Positions 27,469-40,568 of a DNA stretch of 64,000 nucleotides are shown in pieces. Position numbers and translations under genes: made by a program. The notes under the pieces were generated by a model. That model was given only the letters and a program-made list of their open reading frames with translations. It searched no databases and had not been told where the DNA came from. Position 1 is the first letter of the stretch. Each line of letters opens with the position of its first letter. The DNA comes from Octopus sinensis (Eukaryota): the NCBI RefSeq assembly GCF_006345805.1, contig NC_043006.1, positions 82,212,001 to 82,276,000 of the forward strand, in the 5' to 3' direction.

Positions 27469-28095
27469 TATAAATAAAATAAAACATATGCATATATATA
27501 AACATATGTGTACGTACCTACCTCTACATGTACATATACACGCATATATGAGTACAGGACACCAAAAGGACGTCGAACACAATGAGAAACGAAAACATAG
27601 ACACAAACCAAAGAAACTGGACATTTTTTTAAACAACAACAAAAATAGAGTACAGGACAATTAACACAAAGAAAAAACCCCTTCTTCAGTCGCTATGGTT
27701 TCATCTACTCTACGTTTGGAAGGATAAAAGCGAGACGTAACTTCGACAAGAAACTTTCCTTCCTGCGAAAAGCAAATCAATTAAAATTCCGAGATCTTTT
27801 CGCAGAGGGGTAAAAAATGGTAACAAAAACAGGACAGTAACGACAGTACAAATTCTAAACAGTAAAAGACAGGACAAGGAAAAACAAGATAGGAAGGGCT
27901 GTTAACGCCGAACGAAAAAAAGTATTGCGAACGCGAATTTTTTTATGAACGAAGAGAGGAGCAAAAAGAATTGTCGTCCATACCTTGAGAGGGCCAGGCC
28001 AGAAAGACAGCAGCGGAAGTCTCGTCGCGGTCAACGACGGGAGGGGGGAGGGGAGCAAGAGAAAGGGAGAGAAGAAGGGGAATGGCTGCGAGAAA

Positions 28096-28097
<2 letters not shown>
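27465..28097 (-). mobile_element. Non-coding repeat family P between (TA)n tracts
   Basis: Collinear with 33085-33680 over about 600 bp. Confidence 0.7.
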
Positions 28098-28134
<37 letters not shown>

Positions 28135-28137
<3 letters not shown>

Positions 28138-28540
28138 CTCTTTTACTCTTTTACTTGTTTCAGTCATTTGACTGCGGCCATGCTGGAGCACCGCCTTTAG
28201 TCGAGCAACTCGACCCCGGGACTTATTCTTTGTAAGCCCAGTACTTATTCTATCGGTCTCTTTTGCCGAACCGCTAAGTGACGGGGACGTAAACACACCA
28301 GCATCGGTTGTCAAGCGATGGTGGGGGGGGACAAACACAGATACACAAACATATACACACACCTACATATATATATACATATATACGACAGGCTTCTTTC
28401 AGTTTCTGTCTACCAAATCCACTTACAAGGCATTGGTCGGCCCGAGGCTATAGCAGAAGACACTTGCCCAAGATGCCACGCAGTGGGACTGAACCCTGAA
28501 CCATGTGGTTGGTTAGCAAGCTACTTACCACACAGCCACG
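28135..28540 (-). mobile_element. SINE family 3
   Basis: Reverse complement of the 5443 family. Confidence 0.9.
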
Positions 28541-28717
28541 TGTGTGTGTTTCTTTTTGTATTAATGGTACTCCGTTACAACTTGAAACTGATAAACGGTA
28601 AAAGATATGATGAAAGTGAAACACATCCCTATGATATGGATTTCTTCAAAGTAATCATTGTGTGCGTGTGAATAAAATATAGTATAGTGTGTGTGTATAT
28701 GTATGTATGTATATCTA

Positions 28718-28820
<103 letters not shown>

Positions 28821-28823
28821 CTA

Positions 28824-28864
<41 letters not shown>

Positions 28865-28872
28865 TTATATAT

Positions 28873-28908
<36 letters not shown>

Positions 28909-29426
28909 ATAAACCTTACATAAATAAATAACGTGAAATACACGAAGGGACGAACAAAAAGACAAACGGGTCATTCAAAGCCTTCATTCTTCAGTCAGAA
29001 ACTGATCCCTCATCGCAGATTTCGGCTGTTTATTCTGAGATCCGCTCTGAATCAGCCAGCCACAGAAGGAAAGAATGCAACGCAACAGAGACGAACATGA
29101 AACGAAAAATCTTTTTTGGGAGACAGTAACGGTTAAAAACATGGATGACACAGGCGCCCTACGGCTTTGAGACAAAAAGAGAGACACAAAAACAATATCA
29201 GCAAGCGTGAAAAAATAATTACCTTTTCGGTGATAAGACACGTTGAACACGCGGCCGATGGAAACAGATGGCTGAGGCAGCAAGTCGCAAGAGGGTAAGA
29301 GAGAGAAGGGGGTAAGAGAGAGAGGGGACCAAGGAGGGTGGAAGGCGGGACAGAAGCAGTGACCGAGAGAGAGAGGGAGAGAAGGAATCAGAGAAGAAGC
29401 AGTGACCAAGAGAGAGAGAGGGAGAG

Positions 29427-29519
<93 letters not shown>

Positions 29520-29523
29520 CGGA

Positions 29524-30580
29524 ACAGGAACGTAACGGACGACAATAAAAACATATGGACAGATGGATGTTATAAGGACGGACAGGAAAACCAGGACAGA
29601 AGATTCGGATTTCTATTCTTCAGTCAAGCTTCCAATTATCACTACAGTTTCGGCCTGTTACACTTGAGACTGTTCAAAATTGGTAGGCCCCAAAAATCTA
29701 AGCTAAGGGCATTAAATTTTTGGAAGAAAGCGGGCAAATATGTGCGACAACACGGACAAAAAGAAAAAAGAGAAAACGGAGAAAATGTTACACGATTACA
29801 AATACAAAGAACAAGAATAACAAAAGCTGTCTTTCGACTAAAAGGACAAGTTAAGCTGACGTGTGAGGTGGAAGCCTTGCGGCAACAAACATAGATGAAA
29901 GTCAGGGGACAGGAAAATAAGGTGTTGTGCGAGGGGCGGTCGAGCCAAGAGAGAACGATCCTGCTTGTCACGTGGGAGGAACAGAGAGAAGTAGGGAGCA
30001 GAGAGATTGAAGAATTAGAGGAGGAACTAGAGAGAAGGGGTGGGGGAAGGTATAAGGGTGACAACAGAAGAAAATAGAGAGACCAAAGAAAGAGAATGCC
30101 AAAAAAGTATGAGAGAGGGGGAGCAAGAAAAGAAAAGTAGAAAGAAAGAGAATGCGAAGAAAATGAGAGAAGGGAAGCGAGAAAAAGAAAAGAGGAAAGA
30201 AAGAACTCGTACAGAATATAGATATATACTTACTTACAAGCTGAGTAAATGGTGTTCGTACGCCGCTACATGTATATATAAATATAAAAAAAAACATTAC
30301 AGGAACGTAACAGACGACAATGAAAACATACGGACCGATGGACGATGCATGGACGGACAGGAAAACCAGGACAGAAGATTCGTGGCTTTCTATTCATCAG
30401 TCAAGCTTCCAGTTATCACTACAGTTTCGGCCTGTTACACTAGAGACTGTTCAAAATTGGTAGGCTCTAAAAATCTAAGCTAAGTGCATTAAATCTTTGG
30501 AAGAAAGCGGGTGAATATGTACGACAACACGGACAAAAAAAAACAAGAAAATGGAGAAAATGTTACACGATTGCAAATAC
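29524..30580 (-). repeat. Partial tandem duplication (about 775-bp period) of a family-P-like element
   Basis: 29524-29805 repeated at 30299-30580; an inverted related fragment follows at 30620-30800. Confidence 0.8.
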
Positions 30581-30899
30581 ATATGTATGTATGTATGTGC
30601 GTATGTATGCACACGCATACTCTGAACACTCATATTGTCGTTGAATGCACGAAATGAGGAGTAGATAGACAGGTCGTTTCTCTGCGTTTACTTGTCCTGT
30701 TTTCCATTTTTTCTCTCGTTGTTTACGTATTGAATTCGTTTGTCTACGTATTTCATGTTGTTTACACAATTGGTGACGTCCTGTACCCATATAGGCATAT
30801 AATACATACATACATATATGCGTGTGTGTGTATGTATGTATGTCTGTATGTATATATAATATATATATATATATAATAATATATATATATTATATATAC

Positions 30900-30933
<34 letters not shown>

Positions 30934-31078
30934 CTATAATATATATATATTATATATATATGTGTGTGTATATATACATACATACATTATATACTACATA
31001 TATATACAAATATATATATTATATAATAAATATGTATATATATGTATATATATATATGCATATATATTACACCATATA

Positions 31079-31152
<74 letters not shown>

Positions 31153-31191
31153 ATAACAAAGTGAAGTTGTAAGGTATCGCACGAGTGGAAT

Positions 31192-31560
31192 TATATATGA
31201 AAGTAGGTTTGAAAATGCAATTTTAAAAGATGTTTATTCACTTGACCGGTTTCACTTTTTTAGAAAAAGATCGTCAAAAGTAACATGAAAGCTTTGTTGT
31301 GTTGGTACTGGTTGCCAAAAGTATTACAATACATATATACATTCTTTGATAATAATAAGGACATGTTAAAAACTGTTTTTAACATGCCTTATTATTATCA
31401 AAGAATGTATATATGTATTGTAATACTTTGTGGCAACCAGTACCTAACACAACAAAGCTTTTACATGTTACTTTTGACAATCTTTTTCTAAAAAAGTGAA
31501 ACCGGTCAAGTGAAATAAACATCTTTTAAAATTGCATTTTCAAACCTAGTTTCATATATA
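31192..31560. repeat. Near-perfect palindrome (about 180-bp arms, 1-nt spacer at 31374) among (TA)n tracts
   Basis: catgttaaaaac-t-gtttttaacatg at the centre, with symmetry extending to the ends. Confidence 0.95.
31240..31281 (-). ncRNA. Hammerhead variant (UUGACGA core)
   Basis: acuu UUGACGA ucuuuuucuaaaaaagu GAAA CCGG UC aagu; perfect 4-bp stem I; the mirror copy at 31470-31511 (+) has UUGACAA. Confidence 0.55.
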
Positions 31561-32471
31561 TATATACATATATATATCGGGTTTTCCATCCAAATCATGA
31601 TTAACTCACTGTCCGTATAACACTAAATGTTTGACGTCAGTCGCCAGCGTGTGACTCTAACAAACAAGCCTTCGATCAGAAAGAGCGCTTCAGACCGCAG
31701 GCTTATTTCACTCAAAACAGGGATTGGGTCTATCAAAGACTCTACTGAAATAATTCTTTGTTTCATTACATTTATGTTTCAAAATCATGATCATCATCGT
31801 AGTATTAACGTCCACTTTTCCATGCTTGCATGTGTCAGACGGAATTCTTGGAGATAGAGTTTCCACGGCAGGAGCCCTTCTCGTCGCTAACCTTCACTTA
31901 TTTCCAAGCCAAGTAGTTTTCCCATGACTGGACATGTTTCTCGAAATATTGAAGAACTAAGGATACTGCTTGTATAACAGTGGCACTCGTTTACAACTGC
32001 CATGCAATGTTATGGATAGGAGACGCAAACACATACCTCCATACAAACATACATACATATATACATACATTTATACATAATACATACATACATCACTGGA
32101 ACTGTAAAAATCTGTAAAACTTTCCAGAAGTTTATCATTCAAGTATATACAAGCATGTCCAAACATGCAACTATGTGTATGAGGATATATATATGAAATA
32201 ATACTTACAAATCTGCACATATACACGCATACATATAAAAATATCCTGTTGATGCTGAAATTCCAGTGAAGGAGCATTGGATCTGGGTTAGAAACCGGCC
32301 CTTTCTCTATTGGCAAGTAATATTGAAATAAAACTGAATAATGCTCCAGCATGGCCGAAGTCAAATAACTGAAACGAATAAAAGAATACATACATGCATG
32401 CATGCATGCATGCATACATACATACATACATACACAAACACACGCGCACGCACATAAAACATACATACATA

Positions 32472-33047
32472 CAATACCATCCGCAAAAAGACTGTCCTGG
32501 AATAGACTTAGAAAACCCCTCTATTATGGAATACATTCATAAACACCAAGAAATATTGGTGGAATATTTCCGTCAAAACGTCTGTTAAATGTAAATATAA
32601 CAAGCCGGATACTGATTTTTGGGGGGACCGAGGGGCAAAGGTATGTACCATCATAGAAGCCAGCTACCCTGCAGATATAAATATCTCCTTGGAAATCAAA
32701 GAAAAGGAGGATATCTATGGACAATTGCTTCGAAACCTCCAGTTTCTATATTCAGACTATGAATTCATGTTCATACCAATAATAATTGGAACACGAGGTT
32801 TTGTTCGTAAGTGCCTAAAGGAGAATCTGGATAAACTGGGATTTTCAGAAAGAAAAATCGACCGGCTGATTCGTACATTACAAGAGCAATCTCTGAGTGG
32901 AACAGTAAAAATATGCAAGACTTTTCTCAAGTCCCAAATGTGAGTTTGTCTGTGTTAACTACATCCCAAAGATGGAGCCTTGTATCTTTGTTGGAAACCG
33001 GCTCCTTCCTCATGGAAGATTTATAATAATTAAAAAAATAGAAGAGA
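32472..33047 (+). mobile_element. R4/Dong-like LINE 3' end with restriction-like endonuclease, inside (CATA)n
   Basis: NKPD...KVCTIIEASYPADINISLEIKEKEDIYGQL...FIPIIIGTRG...SGTVKICKTFL; related 3' UTR stubs at about 32245 and 34625. Confidence 0.8.
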
Positions 33048-33084
33048 CATACATACATACATACATACATACATACATAACAAA

Positions 33085-33813
<729 letters not shown>

Positions 33814-34760
33814 TAGGGTAGAAGAAAAGGAAACCAGAAAGAATGAAGGCTGAGAAAGGGAGGGGGAAATACATACATGTACATTTATAAACGACGAACT
33901 TTTTTCAGTTTCCTTTTAACTGAATATACTCATACGGCCTTGGTCGTTCAGGAGCTATCGTAGAAGACACTTGATCAAGTTTCCACGCAGTGAGACTGAA
34001 CTCAAAACCACACGGTTGAGAAGGGCGCTTCTGAATCACACAGTCACACCGGCGTCGTGAAATGAATTATTCTAAACAGACTGCTTTTCCTCAAAACACT
34101 TTTCTTTTAGTTGTAATTTTAAAAAGATATGTAATTCTAAATATTTCTTTTATATTTAGTTTTTCTGCTTATTAATTCTGCTGGAATATTTGTAATTGAA
34201 AAAAAAAATATTATTATAATTCATTACTATAACTTCGTTTGGTTTTCTCGTGGTTTTGATTATTTAATTAAAAAATACATCTTTTAAAGAATTTGGGCAT
34301 ATTAAATTAGGTACTTAAAATTATATAAATATTCTTTCACAATAACTGCTGTCAATATAGTTAGTGCAAAAGCATCGATATCATACATCGGTATTAAAAA
34401 TTCCAGTGTTTTAACACCTTTTATACATACATACATACATACATACATACATACATACATACATACATACATACATACATACATACATACATACATACAC
34501 ACACATACATACATACATACATACATACATACATACATACATACATACATACATACACATACACACATACATACATACATACATACATACATACATACAT
34601 ACATGCATACATACATACATACATTCCTGCGATGAAGTTTTGTAACCTTATTAGAAACCTCTTTCTTCCTCACAAGATTTCAAATAATCAAAAATAGAAG
34701 AGAGCGTACATTCATACACACATACGTATATGTGTGTATAGGTGTGTTTATATGTGTATG

Positions 34761-34855
<95 letters not shown>

Positions 34856-34949
34856 ATGTCCATGACTTGACCAATATGGTGATTAAGTGTCTTTATGATC
34901 GAGAAGTGTCTTTCAAAGTCGCAGAGTATACTAAACTGAAGAAATAAGC

Positions 34950-35270
34950 ATTTCGTCGGTTTTGGTGACGTGGGTTCTAGTTGATCGGATCAACGGAACA
35001 GCTTGCTCGTGAAATTAACGTGCAAGTAGCTGAGCATTCCACAGATACACGTACCCTTGACGTAGTTCTCGGGGATATTCTGTGCGACACAGAATATGAC
35101 AAGGCTGACACTTTGAATAGCAGGTACAACTCATTTTTGCCAGCTGAGTGGATTGGAATAATGTGAAATAAAGTATATTGCTTAAGGACACAACACGCAG
35201 CCGGGAATCGAAATCGCGGCAATACGATCTTCAGCCGAATACCGTAAGCACTAAATCCCGCGCTTTCATG
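34950..35270 (-). mobile_element. SINE family 2, tail C
   Basis: Family-2 core ccactcagctggcaaaaatgagt joined to the same tail as 58916 (atatccccgagaactacgt.aagggtac). Confidence 0.8.
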
Positions 35271-35361
35271 GCAGAAGATCCTAAAACTTAAGATATTGAA
35301 AAACAAGCTTAATTCACAGCCTTCATCGCATCGTGTGTATTTCTTGGAGTTTGTTATAAGA

Positions 35362-35492
35362 CTTACAAACCACATGGTTCCGGGTTCAGTCCCACTGCTT
35401 GGTACCTTGGGCAAGTGTCTTCTACTATAGTCTCGGGCCGACCAAAGCCCTGTGAATAGATTTGGTAGACGGAAACTGAAAGAAGCCCATCG

Positions 35493-35539
<47 letters not shown>

Positions 35540-35927
35540 TTGTGTGTCTGTGTTTCCATCCCCCAACATCGCTTGACAACTGATGCTGGTGTGTTTACGT
35601 CCCCGTAACTTAGCGGTTCGGCAAAAAGAGACTGATAGAATAAGTAACAGGCTTACAAATAATAAGTCCTGGGGTCGATTTCCTCTACTAAAGGCGGTGC
35701 TCCAGCATGGCCGCAGTCAATGACTGAAACAAGTAAAAGAGTAAAAGAGGAAAAGAGAATGGCGCAGGCGTGGCAAGAAACTTGCTTCCCAACCACATGG
35801 TTCCGGGTTCAGTTCCACTGCGTGGCACTATGGGCAAGTGTCTTCTACTATAGCCTCGGGCCAACCAAAGTTTTGTGACTGGATTTGGTAGATGGAAACT
35901 GAAAGACGCCTGTCGTATATCTGTGTA

Positions 35928-35970
<43 letters not shown>

Positions 35971-36199
35971 GTGTATATATTTGTGTGCTTGTGTCTGTAT
36001 TTGTCCCTGTTTAACAACCGATGCCGGTGTGTTTACGTCCCCGTAGTTTAGCGGCTCAGCAAAAGAGACCGACAGAATAAGTGCCAGGCTTACAAAGAAT
36101 AAGTCCAGGAGTCGATTTCTTCGACTAAAAGGCAGTGCTCCAGCATGGCCACAGTCAAATGACTGAAACAAGTAAAACAATAAAAAAATAAACAAAGAA
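35362..36199 (+). mobile_element. Two head-to-tail SINE family 3 copies
   Basis: Copies at about 35362-35750 and 35760-36199, bracketed by tgttataaga at 35352 and 36200. Confidence 0.85.
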
Positions 36200-36877
36200 T
36201 GTTATAAGATATCTTGTGAATAAAGGTGGGTTAATTTGGGTTTGAAACGCTATCAGTTATAGTAAAGTGCTGTTTGCTCCCCACATATCCGATAATGGTT
36301 CAAAAAAGCTAAAAAAAATGAAAAATTGCTTAGAAGAATTATGGAGAAATTTAACGCTTATAGCTTGTTTATTCTTTGGGAGAAGAAAACGTTTTGCTTT
36401 TGTTGTTTGCCAGTCATTCAGCACTGGAACAAGAAAATAGATTTTAATATTGGAAAGTACTAGTAAAGCTTAGCACCCATGGAAATGCAAAATCACATGG
36501 ATACTGCTTCTTTTCAATGTAAGGAAATAAGAAGGAATCCTTTTAGAAAACAGCGGAATTAATAACATTAAGCTTGAAGCTTAAATTGCATCAGAAAGAA
36601 AAAATGGCGAGATGTTCTCTATAGAATTATCCTATTGTATAGAATGTTTAGCATGTCAAATCTTGCATCGTATGGTCATGATGTTTTACGACACAAATAT
36701 TGACACCGGTCATAGTAATAAATTATTTATATATTTTTTAAGTCCTTTATTTGAAAAGTACAAACAGTAAAAAAAAATAAACATTCTAATTTAAGTAAAC
36801 AAAACTATGAGAAAATATACGAAATTACGCTAATGAATTATGATAATAGTTTTCAATTATAGATATTTGATCAACCT

Positions 36878-37085
36878 AAGGCGGAGAGTTGGCAGAATCG
36901 TTAGGACGCTGGGCAAACTGCTTTACGTTCTGAGTTCCGTCTTTACGTTCTGAGTTCGAATTCCGCTGGAGACGACTTTTGCTTTTCGTCCTTTCGAGAT
37001 AGATAAAATAAGTACCAGATAAACACTGGTGTCGATGCGTTTGACTTATCCCTGCCCCGAAATTGCTGGCCTTGTGTCAAAATTT
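36878..37085 (+). mobile_element. Diverged SINE family 4
   Basis: aaggcggagagttggcagaatcgttagg head with a diverged core. Confidence 0.7.
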
Positions 37086-37659
37086 AAAATCAAAATTGAC
37101 CGAGGAATTCCATACAGAAGAAGAGGGGAAATAATTTTGGAAATTTCATTTTAGGGCAAGGAATTAAAATTGTTGGCAAACTTTGACTCTGTTATGTAAC
37201 AACATATTGGTAATACGGAAAAAATAAATTTGGAAAAATATATTTATTCCAGGCATTGTCTGATTACTTCTGACTGACAAGACGCAGCATTTTGAAACAC
37301 AGGTATCCCAGAATCCCTCGTAAAAATGAATCAAGTGTGTTATGAAAATATAATCGTCCAGGAAAAGAAACTATTCTCCTGTGGCATACACAATAGCGAA
37401 TCTATTGGAACCTATTAAGAATAATTATACACAAGTCATCATTTTGAGTCTCGCTGTTCACCATGCATATAACGATTTATTATTGGTTGACAGATATTTG
37501 CACGGGTCAGCAAACAGTTTTGTTTGCCGAAATTATGAACAAGACCGCCGGCTCTTGTTTGATATATTCACTGTCATATGACGATAATATTTATTTCCAT
37601 TGGTAGAGAACGAATGTATTCAGTTGATGGCAGTTGGAGAAGGCGTAATTAGCATATAA

Positions 37660-38035
37660 CATTCATAAGGCCAAATATTTTGACCTTATGTTTGATCAAG
37701 CGTATCGAAAGCGAATGACAGAACGATAGTTATGTTGATATTGATTTTAAAGAGAAGGCAGTGTTTATAAAAGAGTATATTCCTCTTTAATTTATCCAAC
37801 TGCAACTAATGGCTGTTGTAAACAGAGGAAGTAAGTTTGGAATAATCTGTAAACGACAAAATACTGAAAGAAGACCGTAAACTTCAGTGCTATGACAATG
37901 TTGAAGGAATGGCTGGTTATGAAAATGGCGTTCAACAGAGATTTAATGAGAAACATTACAAAGCTATTTTTGTAAATTGCGATAATTATTCTTTCGATTT
38001 GGTTGGTGTCCCTGCTGCTAACCGCGATGCGTTAT
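37660..38035 (+). pseudogene. hAT (Tip100/ZMYM1-like) transposase relic
   Basis: AKYFDLMFD and QCYDNVEGMAGYENGVQQRFNEKHYKAIFVNCDNYSFDLVG (cf. YDNA.NM.G...GVQ...A.FV.C..H.LNLV). Confidence 0.7.
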
Positions 38036-38130
38036 GGTAACCTTCTTCGATGCAATTTAGCTTTATTCATTATTTTTCTACCCTGGTGGCAAAAACTGAA
38101 AGACGCCAAACCAATAACAGTTACATTATT

Positions 38131-38398
38131 TACATTATTTACATTTGACGGATATTTGTCCTCATCTTTTTTGTTGGTAACTCAACATTTCGGCTGATGT
38201 ACTCTCCAGCCTTCATCAGGTGTCCTGGGGGAATTTCGAACCTGGGTTCTCATTCCTAAGGTATTTTTCTGATGCTATTATTGTTGTTGTTGTTGTTGTA
38301 TGCTCACGGGCAAATGGTGTAGTGGTTAAGAGCGCGAGCTACTGGCCCCAAGATTCCGAGTTCGATTCCAGGCAGTGACCTGAATAATAGTAATAATG

Positions 38399-38494
<96 letters not shown>

Positions 38495-38650
38495 CAACAA
38501 CAACAACATCGGAATAATACCTTAGGAATGAGAGCCCAGGTTTGAAATTCCCCCAGGACGCCTGATGAAGGCGGGAGAGTACATCAACCAAAGCGTTTAG
38601 TTAACAACAAAAAAGATGAGGACGAATATCCGTCAAATGTAAATAATGTA
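38131..38650. repeat. Inverted repeat of a hammerhead-bearing element with a tRNA-like head in the spacer
   Basis: About 38131-38299 is the reverse complement of about 38482-38650; A box at 38315-38325 and B box at 38358-38369. Confidence 0.85.
38179..38223 (-). ncRNA. Minimal hammerhead motif
   Basis: acac CUGAUGA a GGCUG gagaguacau CAGCC GAAA ugUU gagu; the plus-strand mate at 38558-38602 has lost GAAA. Confidence 0.6.
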
Positions 38651-38765
38651 CATAATTCCTCATCTCTCAAATATAGAACTGCAATAACAATTAAATCTGA
38701 ATCTGAAACTCTATTGAGTTTCTGTTCATAAATATTTTGATATCGTTGCGAAATTTCGCAAAATA

Positions 38766-39271
38766 TCTATATATATAAAACTCTAGTTGTGTGAGTGTCT
38801 GTCCCCTTCGATTTAGATTCCTAACTCCTCCCACATTTTGCGGTGCAGTTTAACCAAATTCGGGTATCTTATAGTCGTGATTCATATCGAGCCCGTCTGA
38901 CTATTAGCGCGCGTCAACGATGAGTCTACGATTTTAAAAATAATTTAACATCATTTTTTATTCCATTTTAATGCATAAAATGCATCGTGTGTCGATGGCG
39001 GCGGAGTTGGCGTCCACGCTCACAGCTGCACCTGTTTGCTTCTCCCCCTTCCCTCCCTCGTGAAGCTGTGGGGAAGGGAGTGTAAAGAAATCAACGTCGT
39101 AATGCGTTGTGAAGGAAACCAGCGTTCTTTTAGAACAACGACTTCATGGCTTGAAGACACCAAAACAAAAATGGCTAAGAAAGCCCGAATTTATAAGGGA
39201 AGTAACTCTCTAAAAATGCTTATATAGTTATTTCCCTTACAAACCCGAGCAACGCCGGGCGATACTGCTAG
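38766..39271 (+). mobile_element. Non-autonomous Helitron
   Basis: A|TCTATATATATAAAA ... cccgagcaacgccggg hairpin, CTAG|T. Confidence 0.9.
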
Positions 39272-39469
39272 TAACTAATAAAATTCTAACTACTGATATA
39301 TAGCTGATGCACAACTGAATCAAATTTTGGATTTAAATTTCTTGGTTTTGTCTGAATTTTGGAATAAAATTATTACTCAGATTGACCGTGTTAACGATGA
39401 TTCCGAGATCATACCATGAAATTTCATGACACTGCTTGTGACTAAAGGGATTTTAAGACATTTTAGGTA

Positions 39470-39984
39470 TCGTAAATCCTCGAGTATAGTCAGCCCTTGA
39501 GTATAATACGCAGGGGATTTTTAGGGGGCTGTACCTCTGAAAAACCTAAACCTTGTGTATAATACGCACCCCTTCTCTAACTTGAGTCAAGGAGGTCTAT
39601 ATAACGTCCTTGGTTAGTAAAAATGTATACGGTAACATCCTTTATTATTATTGTATATATAACACAATGCAAACGTGTAGCTTTTTCGTGCATTTTGTTT
39701 GCAGAAAATAAAGAAATAGCAGTAATAACAGTTATAATGTTTAATAAATGTTGCTTACTGCAAGTCATGGATGATTCTTTTATGACTTCATTGCTTTCAG
39801 GCTTAGCTTAAGGTATTTTCGCGCCCGACATCACAAAATGCGTCTGAATAAACATTGCTGGACAACAAATAGAGACATTGCTTAGAAAATAATTTTCAAT
39901 TTTAACCTCGTATATAGTACGCACTAGGAATTTTGACCTTCAAATTTTAGGAAAAAAGTGCGCATTATACACGAAGATTTACGG
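39470..39984. mobile_element. pogo/Tigger-like MITE
   Basis: TIR YcgtaaatcYtcgWgtata with TA flanks. Confidence 0.75.
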
Positions 39985-40330
39985 TAATTGAGAAACATTG
40001 ACCATTGACCCCTAACCCTAACCATCTGAAATTGAGTTGAAGTTATGCGATGAATGAAATATTGAAGCAAGAAGACGTACCAGAAAGAAGAAACAAGAGA
40101 CTGCTTAAAACCCCAACAGTGTATGATAAATAGTGAAAGAAGAAACGATTAGTCTCCCTGCCACGTGCCTCCACTGATTTTCCAGATATTCTTCTACAAC
40201 CGTACGGGGATAGATTGGACTGTCGCGAGAGTGCAATATGCCCATACTGCCATGATGCATCCCATGCAATATATATGCAATTTATCACTGCATGTCGGAG
40301 TGTGTACTGCGGTCGCTACTTAGGAAGATA

Positions 40331-40568
40331 AAGGCGGCGTGTTGGCAGAGACGTTAGCACGCCGGGCGAAATACTTAGTGGCATTTCGTCTGTCTTTATG
40401 TTCTGAGTTCAAATTCTGCCGAGGTCGACTTTGCCTTTCAACCTTTCGGGGTCGATTAAGTAAGTACCAGTTACGCACTGGAGTCGATATAATCGAACTA
40501 ATCCGTTTGTCTGTCCATGTTTGTCCTCTCTGTGTTTAGCCCCTTGTGAGAAGTAAAGAAATAGGTAT
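40331..40568 (+). mobile_element. SINE family 4
   Basis: 11-bp TSD ttaggaagata; core gcctttcaacctttcggggtcgattaagtaagtacc resembles the Meta-domain. Confidence 0.9.

Noticed and set aside
36200-36700. Possible Tc1 transposase remnant
   Set aside because: Too decayed to show convincing motifs by eye
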